64,000 nt of DNA, taken from positions 62,001 to 126,000 of the forward strand of contig OZ237755.1 in NCBI GenBank assembly GCA_965178125.1, in the 5' to 3' direction. The DNA is from Bilabrum cf. latius (Eukaryota). The notes below the pieces were generated by a model. That model did not search any database. It was given only the letters and a program-made list of their open reading frames with translations, and was not told the DNA's origin. The translations under genes and the position numbers were made by a program. Positions 13,166-26,500 of the stretch are shown here, in pieces (position 1 is the stretch's first letter; every line of letters starts with the position of its first letter).

Positions 13166-15859
13166 ATGCGGCAAAGTACCTGCTCGAGACAACTGCGCGC
13201 ACTGGCCCAGCGCACAGTGGGCTTCCGCCGGGTAGCTAGGCCTCGTTTGGCACGTTGGAGCAATCCTGCGTCAACGGCTCGCGCAGCTTCCTCCAAATCC
13301 GCAGACACTCGCGAAGCGCAGCAACTAAGAAACGTCAGGAACATGGGGATCATCGCCCACATTGATGCAGGCAAAACCACCGTAACGGAGCGGATGCTAT
13401 TCTATGCTGGCGCCACGATGAGTGTTGGAGAGGTTCATGACGGCGATGCGACGATGGACTTCATGGACCAGGAGCGGGAGCGCGGCATCACGATTCAGTC
13501 AGCTGCCACAACGTTTGGCTGGGGCCCCAATATCATCAACCTGATCGACACGCCTGGTCATGTTGACTTCACAGTGGAGGTGGAGCGGTCCATGCGGGTT
13601 CTGGATGGAGCAGTGGCCCTCTACGATTCGGTCGCTGGGGTGGAGGCGCAGTCCGAGACGGTGTGGCGGCAGGCGAGCAGATACAGGGTGCCTCGCATCG
13701 CGTTTGCCAACAAAATGGACAGGGAGGGCGCTTCCCTGGACCGAGTGACCGACAGCATCCGAGCCCGCCTCGAGGTGGAGCCCCTCCCCCTGCAGATGCC
13801 CCTGGGGGAGGGGCCCCACTTTGGGGGTGTGGTGGACCTGCTGACCATGCACGTCCTCACCTGGCCAGCGGCGGCAGCAGCAGAGGCCGGCTCTGGACGA
13901 GCCCCCGGCGCCAGGGAGACGCCTCCCGCCTGCGTAACCCGCCCACTGTGGGACCCTGCAGCAGCCGCCCACGCGCAGGACCTGCTCGAGGCTGGCATGG
14001 GGAACAACAAGGCCAGGGCCGGGTGCGCGGTGCAGCGGGCCCGAGCCGCCCGCATGGAGCTCCTGGAGCGGCTGGGTGACCTGGACGACGCGGTGGCAGA
14101 GGCCTTCTTGGAAGCATCGGAGCTGGAGGCGGGGCCGGCGGAGGGAGCGAGCGCGGTGGACCCGACCGGGCTCGAGACTGACCCGCTGGGACCCGCGAGC
14201 GGCGTGGAGGGGCTCCAGCCAGCCGCCATCACGGCAGCACTGCGACGAGTCACTCTCGCCTCCAGGCAGAAGGGCCTGCCGCTCCTGTGCGGGGCTGCCT
14301 ACCGCAACCTCGGGGTGCAGCCGCTCCTGGACGCGGCCTGCGCTCTGCTGCCCGGCCCCAGGGACAGGGGCCCCGTGCGCGCGGAGGCGGCTGCCGATGG
14401 AAGCGCCCGGGAGCTGTTGCAGCAATCAAAGGACCCGCTGGCCGCCTTTGTGTTCAAAGTGGCGGCCCATCCCTCCCGCGGGCCAGTGGCCTTCTTCCGG
14501 GTGTACAGCGGGGAGCTCAAGGCAGGGGCGCAGCTGAGGGTGCTGCGGCCGGGGGAACAGGAGGGCGGGACGGGTGAGGATGGGGAGGATGCTAGGGCAG
14601 GAGACAATACTAGTGGTAAGGGCAAGGGCAAGGGCAAGGGCAAGGGGCCAGTCGGCGGCAAGCGCGGTGGGCTGCAGGACCGCGTGTCCAAGCTGCTGCA
14701 GGTGCTGGCTGACGATGACAGGGAGATCCCGTTGGTGCCTGCGGGCTTTATCGGGGCCGCTGTGGGCCTGAAGCACGCCCGCACCGGAGACACCCTGGTC
14801 CTCGCGACGGACAAGGACCCGGCGGTGCTGCCCGGGCTGCAGCTGCCCGCCCCCGTGTTCACGGCTGCTCTGGAGGTGGACACCCCAAGCGAGCAGCGGG
14901 CGCTGGAGGAGGCGCTGGCCGTGCTGCTGCGGCAGGACCCCTCCCTGCAGCTGCGGGAGAACGAGGACACGGGTCAGCTTCTGCTGTCCGGGATGGGGGA
15001 GCTGCACCTTGAAGTCACCGCGGAGAGGCTCAGGAGGGAGCATGGCATGGAGGAGCTGAGGCTGGGCCGCATGCGGGTGGCCTTCAGGGAGAGGCTGCAG
15101 GGGGCGGGGGAGGCGGTGGCGGAGGTGGACTTGACCGTGGGTGGGTATGGGGACGGATCCTCGGCTGGGAGCGGCGGGGCTCGGTGGGGCCGGGTCGCAG
15201 TGCGCGTGCGGCCTCGGGAGGGAGAAGGGGCGCTGGAGGAGGGTGCCATGGTGCAGTGGCCCTGGGCTGAAGCTGGAGGTGGAAGTGGGGGTGGAGCAGG
15301 CAAGAGCGACAGCCTTCGAATCAAGGTGGGGACCCAGGCAGACGCCGACGGCCCGGCCCGAGAGGTGCCCCGCCGCACGTGGGAGGCCATGCAGGCAGTG
15401 CTGCAGCAGGCAGCGGGGAGGGGTCCTCTGTGCGGGGCCCCCTTGCTGGGCCTGGAGGTGGAGCTGGTGCCCGAGGACTGCGTGCTGGCCGACCCGAGCG
15501 ACGCCGTGGTGGCCAGAACCGCCGTGGCGCGGGCGGTTGAGACCGCCCTCCGCACCAGCGGGACTGCACTCATGGAGCCCTGGATGCAGCTGGATGCACT
15601 TGTCCCCGATGGGAGCGTCGGTGGCATCCTCTCGGACCTGTCGGCCGCGAGGCACGCCCGCATCGGGGAGGTGGGTCCCGCCGAGGGGCGCGAGGGCAGG
15701 ACCAGGGTGCGGGCGGCAGTGCCCCTGCGCGCCATGGTGGGCTACAGCACCTTCCTGCGCAGTCGCACCGCGGGTGAGGGGGCCTTCTCCATGCACCTGG
15801 ACAGGTATAATGATGTGAGCCCGGAGGCAGTGCAGGCTGCGCTGGCAGATCGGTACTGA
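13166..15859 (+). CDS. GFM2: Mitochondrial elongation factor G2 / ribosome-releasing factor 2
   Basis: Arg-rich transit-like N-terminus; [54 protein letters not shown] and domain V '[16 protein letters not shown]'. No internal TAG; ends in TGA. Confidence 0.85.
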   Translation: MRQSTCSRQLRALAQRTVGFRRVARPRLARWSNPASTARAASSKSADTREAQQLRNVRNMGIIAHIDAGKTTVTERMLFYAGATMSVGEVHDGDATMDFMDQERERGITIQSAATTFGWGPNIINLIDTPGHVDFTVEVERSMRVLDGAVALYDSVAGVEAQSETVWRQASRYRVPRIAFANKMDREGASLDRVTDSIRARLEVEPLPLQMPLGEGPHFGGVVDLLTMHVLTWPAAAAAEAGSGRAPGARETPPACVTRPLWDPAAAAHAQDLLEAGMGNNKARAGCAVQRARAARMELLERLGDLDDAVAEAFLEASELEAGPAEGASAVDPTGLETDPLGPASGVEGLQPAAITAALRRVTLASRQKGLPLLCGAAYRNLGVQPLLDAACALLPGPRDRGPVRAEAAADGSARELLQQSKDPLAAFVFKVAAHPSRGPVAFFRVYSGELKAGAQLRVLRPGEQEGGTGEDGEDARAGDNTSGKGKGKGKGKGPVGGKRGGLQDRVSKLLQVLADDDREIPLVPAGFIGAAVGLKHARTGDTLVLATDKDPAVLPGLQLPAPVFTAALEVDTPSEQRALEEALAVLLRQDPSLQLRENEDTGQLLLSGMGELHLEVTAERLRREHGMEELRLGRMRVAFRERLQGAGEAVAEVDLTVGGYGDGSSAGSGGARWGRVAVRVRPREGEGALEEGAMVQWPWAEAGGGSGGGAGKSDSLRIKVGTQADADGPAREVPRRTWEAMQAVLQQAAGRGPLCGAPLLGLEVELVPEDCVLADPSDAVVARTAVARAVETALRTSGTALMEPWMQLDALVPDGSVGGILSDLSAARHARIGEVGPAEGREGRTRVRAAVPLRAMVGYSTFLRSRTAGEGAFSMHLDRYNDVSPEAVQAALADRY

Positions 15860-16022
15860 CCTTCAAGTTGATAGAGTGCCCAGAGTTCGCATCGCCCTTC
15901 CGACGTTGCAGTCACCGAACCTTCCTGCACACGAGTGAGATCAGTCAGATTTCGTCCCGTTCAATGTACTACCAGTAGAAATCCCTGCGTACAACTCGAG
16001 GTTGCATCGAATGGCCCGACAA

Positions 16023-17450
16023 TCACACCCGCTCCAGCAGCATCGCGTGCCCCTGCCCTCCAGCAGCGCACGCCGCCAGCAGGGCCAGGTTCCCGTCCTC
16101 CCAGTGCAAGCGGTTCGCGGCCGTGTTCACCAGCCGAGACCCCGTGGCCCCGAACGGGTGCCCGATGGACAGCGAGCCCCCGTACGGGTTGACCTTGTCC
16201 ATGTCCAGCTGCCCCACCTTGCCCGGCACGCCCGCGCGGTCCTTGGCGAACGCGTCGCTGTCCAGCGCCGCCAGGTTGGCCAGCACCTGCCCCGCGAACG
16301 CCTCGTGCAGCTCGAAAGCGGAGATGTCCCCTGCCTGCAGCCCATTGCGGTGCATCAGCTTGGACACCGCGTAGGCGGGCCCCAGCAGCAGCTCGTCCTT
16401 GGGGTCCTGCGAGACGAACATGTAGTCCTTGATCACCGCCTTGGGCTTGAAGCCCTCCGCCAGCGCCTTCTCCTCCGACATGATGAGCGTCACTGCGGCC
16501 CCGTCGGTCAGGTAGGACGAGTTGGCCGCCGTGTGCGTGCCATGCGGCTTGATGAACGCGGGCTTCAGCTTGGACAGCTTCTCCGCGCTCGAGTCTCCCC
16601 TGACCCCCAGGTCCATGGTCTCCCCGTCCACCGCCACGATCTCCTCCTTGAGCTTGCCGCTCTCGTGGCCCATCGCGGCATTCCGGTGCGAGCGGGCGGC
16701 GAACTCGTCCTGCGCCTCCCGGGTGACGCCCCAGGTGGCCGCCAGGCGGTCGCTGGAGTGGCCCATCACCTCGCCCGAGCTGAACTCCGCGATAGCCGGC
16801 GCCTCGGGGGCGAGGTCCTTGAGCCCCAGCTTCTGCAGCAGCTTCAGGTAGCCAGACGGGTGCCTCACCTTGCGGGAGGCAAGCATGGCCTGGCGCACCT
16901 TGCGGCTGAAACGGATCGGGACGTCTGACATGGTTTCCACGCCGCCTGCAATCACCGTGTCTGCCTGGCCGGCCATGATCATCTGGGCACCCGAGGCGAT
17001 GGCTTGGTTTGCGCTGATGCATGCCATCGTCACCGTGTGAGCTGGGATGGAATCCGGCAACCCCGCTCCGAGAGCGGCCTCGCGCGCAATATTCGATGTA
17101 CGAACTGCGGCAATCGGTCAAACAAAGCATTGCTCGATTCGGGTGGTGTCCAACGGCTGCAGTTTCTCGCACTGGTTGCACGAGGCTGTACGCGTTGTCA
17201 CATTGTTTTTCTCACCTTCCTGGATGACAGTTCCGCCAATGACATAGTCTGGTAGATTTAGATCCATGCCAGTCCGTGTCAGGAGGCCTTTCATCGCAAA
17301 CAGCAGCAGTTGCTGCCCAAGATAGTTGTTGTACGCTCCACCGGAAGGCATGAAAGGAATTCTGCATCCATCAACTACTACAACTCGGCGCTAACTAGGA
17401 CTAGTGGACATGAAACGCCTGGACGCCTGAGATACCGCTCTTCGCATCAT
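16023..17450 (-). CDS. HADHB: Mitochondrial 3-ketoacyl-CoA thiolase, trifunctional enzyme beta-subunit type; intron 17105-17215
   Basis: VVVVDGCRIPF, GTVIQE|VRTSNIARE across a GT-AG intron, TVTMACISAN, HEAFAGQ, GGSLSIGHPFGATG and AACAAGGQG. One TAG (17391) lies between the presequence and the first strand; ends in TGA. Confidence 0.92.
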
Positions 17451-17616
17451 TTTGGATTGCTTGAGTGCGCGTGGCACTGCCAAACATCTTTACGCCGGGG
17501 AAATCCAGATACCATCACGTTACTATGTAGTCCTGAGCAGAACACGTATACTACAGAAACCAGACATAAACGTTTCACATACAACAAATTGTACGTCGCA
17601 CGGCAGGTCAGGGCTG

Positions 17617-18765
17617 TCACCCCACCCCCAGAGCCTCCGAGAGGCCTCTGCCAATCAGAGCAGCTGTCAGGAACGACACGCCGAGAAGCAGCCCAGAGTG
17701 CTCTGACAGCTGGTCGCAGCAACTGCTACTGCATGAAGCATCCCCCATACCGCCCCTGCTCGTGGCCTGTCCCTCCCTCGCCCCTAGCTCCACCTAGGCC
17801 TCCTGCATCCCCTTCTCTATGCCACTGCCACTGCCACTTGCGACCCCACCATGAAGCGAGCCCGAAGACACCCGCGATACCAGCCCGCCTGGGCCTGCAC
17901 GGCCAGCCCCTGCCCCCGCGGCACCCCCGCCCGCTCCACTTCCCCGAGTATTACCACTAGTCCTAACTCCCTCCTGGGGATGGGCCTGCTGCCCGCCATT
18001 CTCCTCCTCCCCGCCCTCTCCCGCCCCTGCCCTGGTGTACCCCTCCCCTTCGCCATGCCCCGCGTGTATGTGGCCGTGTCCGCCTCCGAACAGCCGCGGC
18101 AGCAGCTCGGTGCACACCACCAGCACCATGGTCCCAGACGCGAACATGAGAGCGAACGGCTCCGCAGCACGCGAGGCGGACGCCGCCAGAGCGCCGATCA
18201 CCCCCGCGACTGGCATCAGGACCCCGGTGGCTTGCCCTAAAATGAAAGACCAGCGCGCGCTCAGCCCAGTGTGCTTGATCAGAACCGCAGCCGCGAAGCC
18301 CTCTGGCACGCATTGCACAGATACTGCCGCCGAGACCGAGAGCGCCGCTGCAAGTCTGCGGGGCTCCCACTGCGTTCCATCATGAGCTGCTGCAAAGGCA
18401 ACTCCAATTGCCAGCGCCTCGGGGATGTGGTGCATAGTGATTGCGGCGGCAACTGTCAAAGCACTTCGATTCGCGTCGTTTGTGTTGCTGCCTCGCTACA
18501 AGTCTGCGCACCGCAGCAGCGCATCTGAGGCGGTATCCATTCCGATCACGAACCCAATCGCTACCAATACGCCGAGTATACATGGGAGGAACCCGCTTGC
18601 TTCTGCAGCCAGATCCGTGGCCGCACTCAGCATAAAGCCTCCGGCAACTGCAAGTGGCCAAGCAGATTGCACGCTATCCTTGACCTGGTAGACCAAGGCT
18701 GCCCCAAGACCAACACACACATATGTCAATATCGTCCCTAGCAGCGCTGCTAGCGTCGGTCCCAT
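17617..18765 (-). CDS. ZIP-family (GufA/ZupT/ZIP11-like) metal transporter
   Basis: AITMHHIPEALAIGVAF, VSVQCVPEGFAAA, FASGTMVLVVCTELLP and a His-rich loop. TAGs at 18496 and 17794; the last TM helix (GLLLGVSFLTAALIG) lies after the second TAG; TGA at 17617. Confidence 0.85.
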
Positions 18766-18863
18766 TTCATGGGCTTGTAGCGGGCAATCGCTTCGCAAAA
18801 CTTGAAGCTGGCGGTTCTAACCTCACCAACCCTTGTGTCAGCCCTGTGCCACACCCTGCAGGT

Positions 18864-19630
18864 ATGCAGCTGCAGTACTGGCTTGTTTTGATTTCATGTA
18901 TACTTTTCTCCAGCCAACCGTCCTCGGCGTTCGTAGTAGAGCTCCCGATCGGTCTTGAAAAGGTTGGTGCAGAGAACGTGGAGAAGCACTCACCGATTCT
19001 ACGCCATTCCCCAATGTTTGAAAGCAAATTACCTCTTGGTTGTGTCAAATATCGCAGTGCTTTTCAGAAATTGTTCCTGGTGATGTGCTGTGCCTCGTAA
19101 AGTACGGCGTGTACGGTGGCACGGCCGGCGGCAGCCTTCGAGTTCGTATTTTGACGTAGGAAGGAAAAGAGGAGTATTCCCGGGACGGTGCGCGAGATGG
19201 TAGGCATGCATTTACGGGCCAATCAGAAGAGAGCATTTACAAGACTTGCATCACGAACACAGGCACCGAACTGGTCCAGGCTGAGCTCGATATTCGAGTA
19301 GGATTGAATGCCCAAGACTTCTCGGACGTAGCAAAGAAGGAGCACCTGCAGCCGATCGAACTCGAGTTGAGGAAGATGGAGCAGCTTGCAGAGGAGATTT
19401 ACACGGAGGCCGAGTACCAGCGCGTCAGGGAGGAGGCGCACCGCGACACGAACGAGAGCACGGGGGACCGCATCAAGTGGTTCAGCGTGCTCAGCATCGC
19501 CGTGGTTGTCGCCGTGGCTGCTGCTCAGGTAATCATTTTGTATTGGGCGTTTGGGAAAGCGGGCAAGAGCACAGGCACGGTGGGCATGTTTGGGCCATCG
19601 CGAGGCAATAAGAAAGGCTTCGGGATGTGA
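18864..19630 (+). CDS. TMED10: p24/emp24 GOLD-domain cargo receptor (p24-delta type); intron 18963-19057
   Basis: Signal peptide; 'LEK|CFSE' across the intron; 'AKKEHLQPIELELRKME', 'REEAHRDTNEST..RIKWFS' and a C-terminal TM. One TAG at 19157 inside the GOLD domain. Confidence 0.85.
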
Positions 19631-19796
19631 GGGCAAGCCTGAGGCAGAGGCAGTTCCTGATGGATGGCAGCGGGTGGCTTGCGCTTGATATGAGTAGGTG
19701 ATAGCGTTCCCGTACTTGAATGCGTTTTACCAGAAAGATGCAAGAGTGCCCGTGGGCCAGTCTTGTAGCGCTTGAATGGTCGTGAACACTCATTCC

Positions 19797-20019
19797 ATCC
19801 ACTGGCATGCATCGGAGCTAGATGTAGCCCTATTCCACGCTATCCACTGGCATGCATCGGAGCTAGATGTAGCCCTGTTCCACGCTATCCACTGGCATGC
19901 ATCGGAGCTAGATGTAGCCCTGTTCCACGCTATCCACTGGCATGCATCGGAGCTAGATGTAGCCCTATTCCACGCTATCCACTGGCATGCATCGGAGCTA
20001 GATGTAGCCCTATTCCACG
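19797..20019. repeat. 45-bp minisatellite, 5 copies
   Basis: Unit atccactggcatgcatcggagctagatgtagccct(a/g)ttccacgct starts at 19797, 19842, 19887, 19932 and 19977. Confidence 0.95.
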
Positions 20020-20165
20020 TGCCGTCGGTCGATATGTGATCATTTTTCCACCTGTATCATCCAACCAGTTGCACACTCACGTTATCTTGCCCACATTCAT
20101 TCTCCCACCCAGACCACCCCGCCGGCCACGCCCAGCTCGAACCCACCCTCCCTGCGACAGGGCAT

Positions 20166-20531
20166 TCATTTCTCAGTCAGCTGCCTGTAGCCCTTCCAGT
20201 CCGAGGGGCTGTCCCACACGATGGCCTCATTTCTCAGTCAGCTGCCTATAGCCCTTCCAGTCCGAGGGGCTGTCCCACACGATGGCCTCATTTCTCAGTC
20301 AGCTGCCTATAGCCCTTCCAGTCCGAGGGGCTGTCCCACACGATGGCCTCATTTCTCAGTCAGCTGCCTATAGCCCTTCCAGTCCGAGGGGCTGTCCCAC
20401 ACGATGGCCTCATTTCTCAGTCAGCTGCCTATAGCCCTTCCAGTCCGAGGGGCTGTCCCACACGATGGCCTCATTTCTCAGTCAGCTGCCTATAGCCCTT
20501 CCAGTCCGAGGGGCTGTCCCACACGATGGCC
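20166..20531. repeat. 61-bp tandem repeat, 6 copies, made of the last ~20 codons and stop of the cyclase gene
   Basis: Unit tcatttctcagtcagctgccta/gtagcccttccagtccgaggggctgtcccacacgatggcc at 20166, 20227, 20288, 20349, 20410 and 20471. Confidence 0.95.
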
Positions 20532-23500
20532 TCGTCCCTCGCCTCCCGCTCGAAGAACGACTCGTCACTCTCCCCGGGCCGGCGGCGCTCGGGCATGGGC
20601 GGGGGCGCGCCGCTGCGGAGGGTCACCACACCGTGACCCGCCGAGGTTGCCCTGCGAGCGGGCGAGAAAGCCCCCGAGCGGGCCGTGGACCCCGTGGGGG
20701 AGCCCGCCGTGGAGCCAGCCGGCGTGGCTGAGGCCGAGGCAGCCGCGCTTGAGGGAGCAGCCGAGCCTGTTCCCTCGCTGCCACTTTCACCACTCCCCCT
20801 TCCACCTCCACCCCCCTCGCCCTCGCTCTTCAGAGCAGCCGCAGCCTCGGTGATGGACCGTCTCACCCGCGCGTCATTCCCACCGATCCCAGCGCCGCCC
20901 TCGCTCTCGCCCTCCGCCTCTATCACCGTGCCCAGCTCGCCTTCCTCGGGCCCGTGGACCCGCCCCGGCAGCGCACCCTCGCCCTCACCTTGCCCAGCAC
21001 CCGCGCCCGCCCCGCCCGCCTGCCGGATGGCCCGCAGCTCCGGAGACACCCCGTCCTCTCGATGCGCCTGCTCCGAGGAGGACTCCGCGCTCGAGTCGGC
21101 CACCTGCCTGTGCCTCGAGGTCGTTGTGGTCCTCCCGGGGCCGGCCGCGGCTGCTGCGCCCGCACCGGCACCTGCACCGGCGCTCGAGCCGCTCCCCCTG
21201 GCAGTGCCCGGGGAGGCCTTGTCGTTCCAGCGGGCCTTACCGTGGTTGCGCATGTACCGCAGCAGCACCTTGCTGGGCCCATCGTGGGGCATGTGCCGCT
21301 TGAGCACCCTCCTGAGGTACCCCTGCGCCGCGGGCCACCTGCCCTCCAGATAGTTGAGCACGCCCTTGTGGAAGGTGGAGAAGAAGGCGTCGGACAGGCC
21401 CCGTTGCAACCGCTGGATGTTGCGGTCAGTCCCAAAGTCCATGTTGATGGGCCGCGTGCGGGTGACCCGGAACACCTCCTCTTGTTCCCTGGTGCGGGGG
21501 GCCAGGTTGGCCCTGCTCTCGCCCAATTGCCTGGGGTAGTGCGAGATGTCGAATGTGTACAGCTCCACGGGCATCTTGCTTCCCTTCACCGTCACGCGGT
21601 CCAGCAAACGGAGGTAGGCCTGCGCCCCTGGAGACAGTTCCTGCGCGAAATCCGCCGAGATGAGCAGAGGCACAGCGTACTGCTTGGTGGCGGCCTCCAG
21701 CCTCGAGGCCAGGTTCACGTGTGGGCTCAGGTAGGACGCGTCGATCTTGTACGAGGACCCAATGGCGCCCTCGATGGCCCACCCGATGTGCAGCCCGAAC
21801 CCCATCTTGACCTCGTAGCCCTCGGGAAACACGGGGGCCAGCCGCGGGTCGGACGCATACTCGCTGAGGGGCCCGTCGATGTTGGAGTTGTGGATGTCCA
21901 CGATGATCTTGAGGAACGAGGCCAGCGCGTCATCCGCGATGCGCGCCACCTTGTGGGCGGGCCGACCCAGGGCCAGTCCCGCCTGCTGCTCGGACATGCG
22001 TTCTCGGCGGAGGCCGGGGAGCATTACGTTCCGGTTGGCCATCTGGATCAGGGACTGTCTAGGGGCACGCACGCCCTTCCTCTGCATCGGAGTGCCCTGG
22101 GAGCCCGAGGCGAATCCCCCCGCGTTGGATCCCCTACTGATCCTCAGCTTGCCTTCACCAGAGGACTCGGAGGGCCCCGCACCTGCACCTGCACCTGCAC
22201 CACCCTTGGACTCGGGCGTGCTCGCCAGCTTGGTGCCCACCGAGGACGCGTCCAGTGCCACGCCATGGGTCCCCGCAGAGCCCCGCCGCGCGTCAGAACC
22301 GGCGCTGACGCCGGGCTCGCCCGCCTCGCCATCTGCCGATGCCCCGGCTGCCCCTGGCCCTGCAGCAGCCCCTGCCTGGGACGAGGACTAGGAGGGCGCG
22401 CCTCCCCTCGCAGCCCCCTTGGTCTCCTCCTCCTCCCCGCCCTCGATCACAGCCGAGTCGAAGCTCACGCGCTTGCCCGGCTCACTCACTGCAAGCCCGC
22501 CCCCCACCGGAGCCGAGATCGCGCGACCCCCAAGCTGGCCTCCCCCAAACTGCCCCCCTCCGTAGTAGTCATCTGCAGCAAGGCGGAGACCCACGTTGGC
22601 GGCGTGACCCGTCTGGATCACCCGCCCGGTGCCGCTGGACCGACGGGCCCCCGGAGCACCCGACATCCTCTTCTCTCTCTCCTTGGGCCCCGCCTCGCCA
22701 CCCTAGCGACCCTGCCCCCCGCCGTCGCCCTGGATGTCCTCCACCAGCAGCACCTCCTCACCACCCCCCTCGCCGTCGTCGTCCTCCTCGGGGTCCAGCG
22801 GTGCCACTTCGCTCTCTTCCAGAGCATCCAGCACTCCGCTCTCCTCCATCCGCCCAGACCTAGACCGAGCCGATGTGGGAGCCCCCTTGCTGAAGGACGC
22901 TGCCCCTCCCCCTGCTGGGGGCAGCTCCAGCACGCCCGCGCCCGTGGCCGTGCTGCTGCGCTCGTTGGCCGTGCGCAGTGCCTGGTGCAGCATGTCCCTC
23001 CTGGCCTTGGCCGTCTGCTCGTCGATGCGAGGCAGCTTCCACGTGAGCAAGAAAGCGTCTCCGATGTTCTTGTTGGCCGCGCCCGAGAGCCGGTGCACGG
23101 CCGAGTGCACGATGCTGCCGATGGTGTTCACGAAGACCATCACGTCCTCCTGAAGGCACTCGGTCGCATCCGTGAACCGGCGGATGTCGCAGAACCCGAA
23201 CACCGCGTCGATCTTGGTGCCCTTGATGAGCGGGTCCAGCTTGCCCTGTCCCTGGGCCATGTTCTTGCTGATGATCTCGCCACCGGCCTCCCCGAAGCCC
23301 ACCTGCAGCAGGCCCCCGATCTTCACCATGGTGTTCCAGAGAAGCATCGTCTCGTAGCTGCTGTCCTGCACGCGCCTGTCCGCCGATCCTCCCACTATCT
23401 CCATCAGACTCGTGCCTACGTAGTTCCCCACGCACCCCAGCGAGGGGGGCGGGCACCCGTCCTGCCCCTTCTTCTTCCCGTCCGCGCCCGCGCCCCCATT

Positions 23501-26500
23501 TGCCTGACTGGCGGCCTTCTGGATCTAGCCAGAGGTGGGCTGACCGGGGCCAGCCCCGCCGCGGCCCGCGGCAGCCCCCCGCATGCGCGCCCCGTGCGAC
23601 TTGCTGTGGGCCATGGCCCCCGATTTGGGGCTGCCAGACCCCCGCCCAGTGGAGTCCCCGCTGGGCCCACGCGCGCGCCCGTGGCTCTGCGAGCGCGCCC
23701 TGCCCCCCGACCCGTCGGCCGCCCCGCCGCCGCCCCTGCCCTTGGCCGGCACGCTCCCAGCGCGGTGCCTGGCCTCGCCACCGCCGCCGGCCTTCCTGTC
23801 TAGCAGGCTGCGGGAGGACTGCCGCTGGGAGGAGCCGCCCAGCTGCGGGGCGCGCACCACCATGAGATCACGACGGCTGGCTCCGGTCACACCGCGCCGC
23901 AGGCCACGGCGCTTGCTGGGCTTGCGCGCGATGATCCCAGACCCGCCGGCGGTCCCCTGCCCCGTGTTACGGTGCAGCCGCCGCTCCACCCTCATGCTCT
24001 GCGTGGGCCTGAGGCTCTGCGCGGCAGCCCCCCCAACTGTGGTCTTGGCTGGCATGGGCCTGCCCACGAGGGACGTGGACGTGGACTGGGCCGTCCTGGC
24101 CGGCTGCTCGCTGGATGTAGCCACCAGCTCGCCGCCGCTGTTCCCCAGGCTCGCGCACCCTGTTCCTTTGGCTTCACCTTTGCTCTTGCCATCAGCCCCG
24201 CTGTTCCGCACGGACACCGTCACGGCCGCCCCCTGTTCCTTGGTCTCGCCACCCTTACCGCCTCCTTGCTCAAGAGGGTCGGCATCCGCATCCGCATCCG
24301 CATCGCCCCCCGCGCCCATCCCGGCGAAGGGCCTCCTCGCCACAGCCACGGCGGGAGAGGTGGACCTGCTGCCCACCACCACGCCATACCCGCCCTCCTC
24401 CTCGTCGTCCTCGTACTCTGAGTCATCCGAGGGCAGGTCGTCGTCCATGTAGTCCTCCTCGTCCTCCTCATCCGAGTCGGGAGCCACCCGCAGTGCGTTC
24501 CTCCTCAGCACCTGGATGTTGGTGAGCGGGTTGGAGGCCAGCTTGCGCATGAGGAAGGCCATCCTCTCGATGGGCCGGATCACGAGAACCTCCGAGTCCC
24601 TGGTGAATAGACCCGCCCCCAGGAGGATGACCACCATCACGAAGAGGGTCTTGCAGATGGAGAAGATCGCCTCCACCCTTTGCTCGTGCCGCACGTCGTA
24701 CACCACGGTGCTGACGCAGCCCGTCTCGCTCGTGGCCTCCCCGTTCTCGAAGCACCGGGAGATCTGGTAGATCACCACCTCGTTCGTGCGGTACACGTCA
24801 AACACGCGGTCCAGGTCCGTCTCCAGAAAGCTCGGCTCCCACTCGTTGATCGGATTCACGTCTGTGCCCGAGGACCCATCCGTCGGTGCCACGCCCGTGC
24901 CCCCCGGCTCGAACCTGAGGTCCCTGATCCAGCCCAGCAGCTCCGCCGTCTCCCACTCGTACTGGCACCGCTCCGACTCGGGCGTGCTGGCGTCCTCTGG
25001 AGGCGGGCATACCTCCAGGTACACGATGCGCCCCGAGAACCTGGCGTACGTCTCGACGTCATCCCTGAACTGGGCCTGGCTCACATTGAGGTCCTGGGGC
25101 AGGCGGTGCAGCGACTGCAGCCCGCCCTCCCTGTAGTGGTCCAGGGGGTCAGGCTCGCCCTCGAGGAACGGGACCACGATGAGCATGAGCAGGATCAGCA
25201 CGATCACGCGGCGGGTCGTGATGTCGGACAGCACCTGTCCTACTTTCGAGATCTTCCCGCCGGACACGCCCTCGTCGCCGGTGCTGCTGCCGTGCGGCTT
25301 CTCGTCCTCCTCGCCATCCTCGTCCTCCTCATCCTGACCCACAGAGCCTTGCACCACGGTGGCATGCGCGCCACCCGCCCGCGCCTCGGCGACTTCAGCC
25401 ACCTCCGCAGATCCGCCCGCAACACCGGAAGCAGCCGCCGAGCCACCCTGCTCCTGCGAGCCCCCCTTGCCGCTTGGCAGGGCCACTGGGGTCTCAGGTC
25501 GCCCAATGTCCGTGGAAGGATAGGACTGCAGCACCTCCCCCGGCTGTGCCCCGGGCCTGCCCCCGTATCCCTGGTAGGGCTGCACGATGGAGGACCTGGC
25601 CATCCTAGTCTGCGGGTCGTACACGAGCCCGTCGGGGGCCTGGGGGAAGAACTGACTCTGCTGCAGGCCACTCGAGGCGTCGCCCCCGCCCCTCGCCGAG
25701 TCCAGCCGCAGCGGCTGCCCATCCACGCCCACCACCAGGGTGGAAGACCTCCTCCGCTTGAGCACGCCCGTCCCCTTGACGCTCTTGTACAGCTTCACGA
25801 TCCGGATCAGCCGAACCAGACGGATGATCCGAACGATGCGACCGGCGCGGGTGCCAGCGCGCGCGGCCCTGCCGGCCCTCACGTCGCTGAGGTCCGTCCC
25901 GCTCCCCGATATCTCGTCCCAGATCCACCCGATGTCGGGCAGCAGGGACAGCGTGGCCACCAGGTCCAGGTAGAAGAAAAACGAGGGAGGACACGCGAAG
26001 TAGGGGCGCGCGAAGCAATTCACGATGAACTCGAAAGCGAACAAGGCCAGCGCCACGGAGCTGAGCGCGAAGAAGACGTTGTCCACGCTCTTGTCGGTGA
26101 GCCACAGTCTCAGGTCGTCTCCAAATAGGGCGTACATGGTTGCGATGGTGATGATCACGTTGAACCAGGTCCCGTCTGTCATGATCAGCAGCTGGTTGCA
26201 GATGCCGGGGCTGGGCGGCTCCTCCAGGACGTCTACGTCGCCTTTGCTGTCGCTCCTGCCCGGCTGCGCCGCAACGGAGCTGGAATTGCTCGCAACCTTG
26301 TCGAGGTCCAACGCGAGGTTCCCGCTGCCGCCCGCGCCTCCTTTTTGGGGCGATGCGCCGGCTTCGCCAGGATGAAATAGGTTCTTACCATCATCATGCA
26401 CCTATCTCACATCGTGTTCTTCCTCTTCGTCGCTGCTTTGTCGACGGCTGCCTGTGGGTTTGGCATCGTCCTCGGCGCCAGATTTCGCAAGCTAGCTGGA

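Noticed and set aside
19797-20531. 45-bp and 61-bp arrays as CRISPR arrays
   Set aside because: Head-to-tail identical units with no unique spacers, no cas genes and a eukaryotic context.
7645-23803. Long antisense or alternative-frame ORFs (e.g. 7645..9387 +, 10935..12464 +, 20954..23803 +)
   Set aside because: Shadows of GC-rich coding sequence on the opposite strand, with no recognisable motifs.
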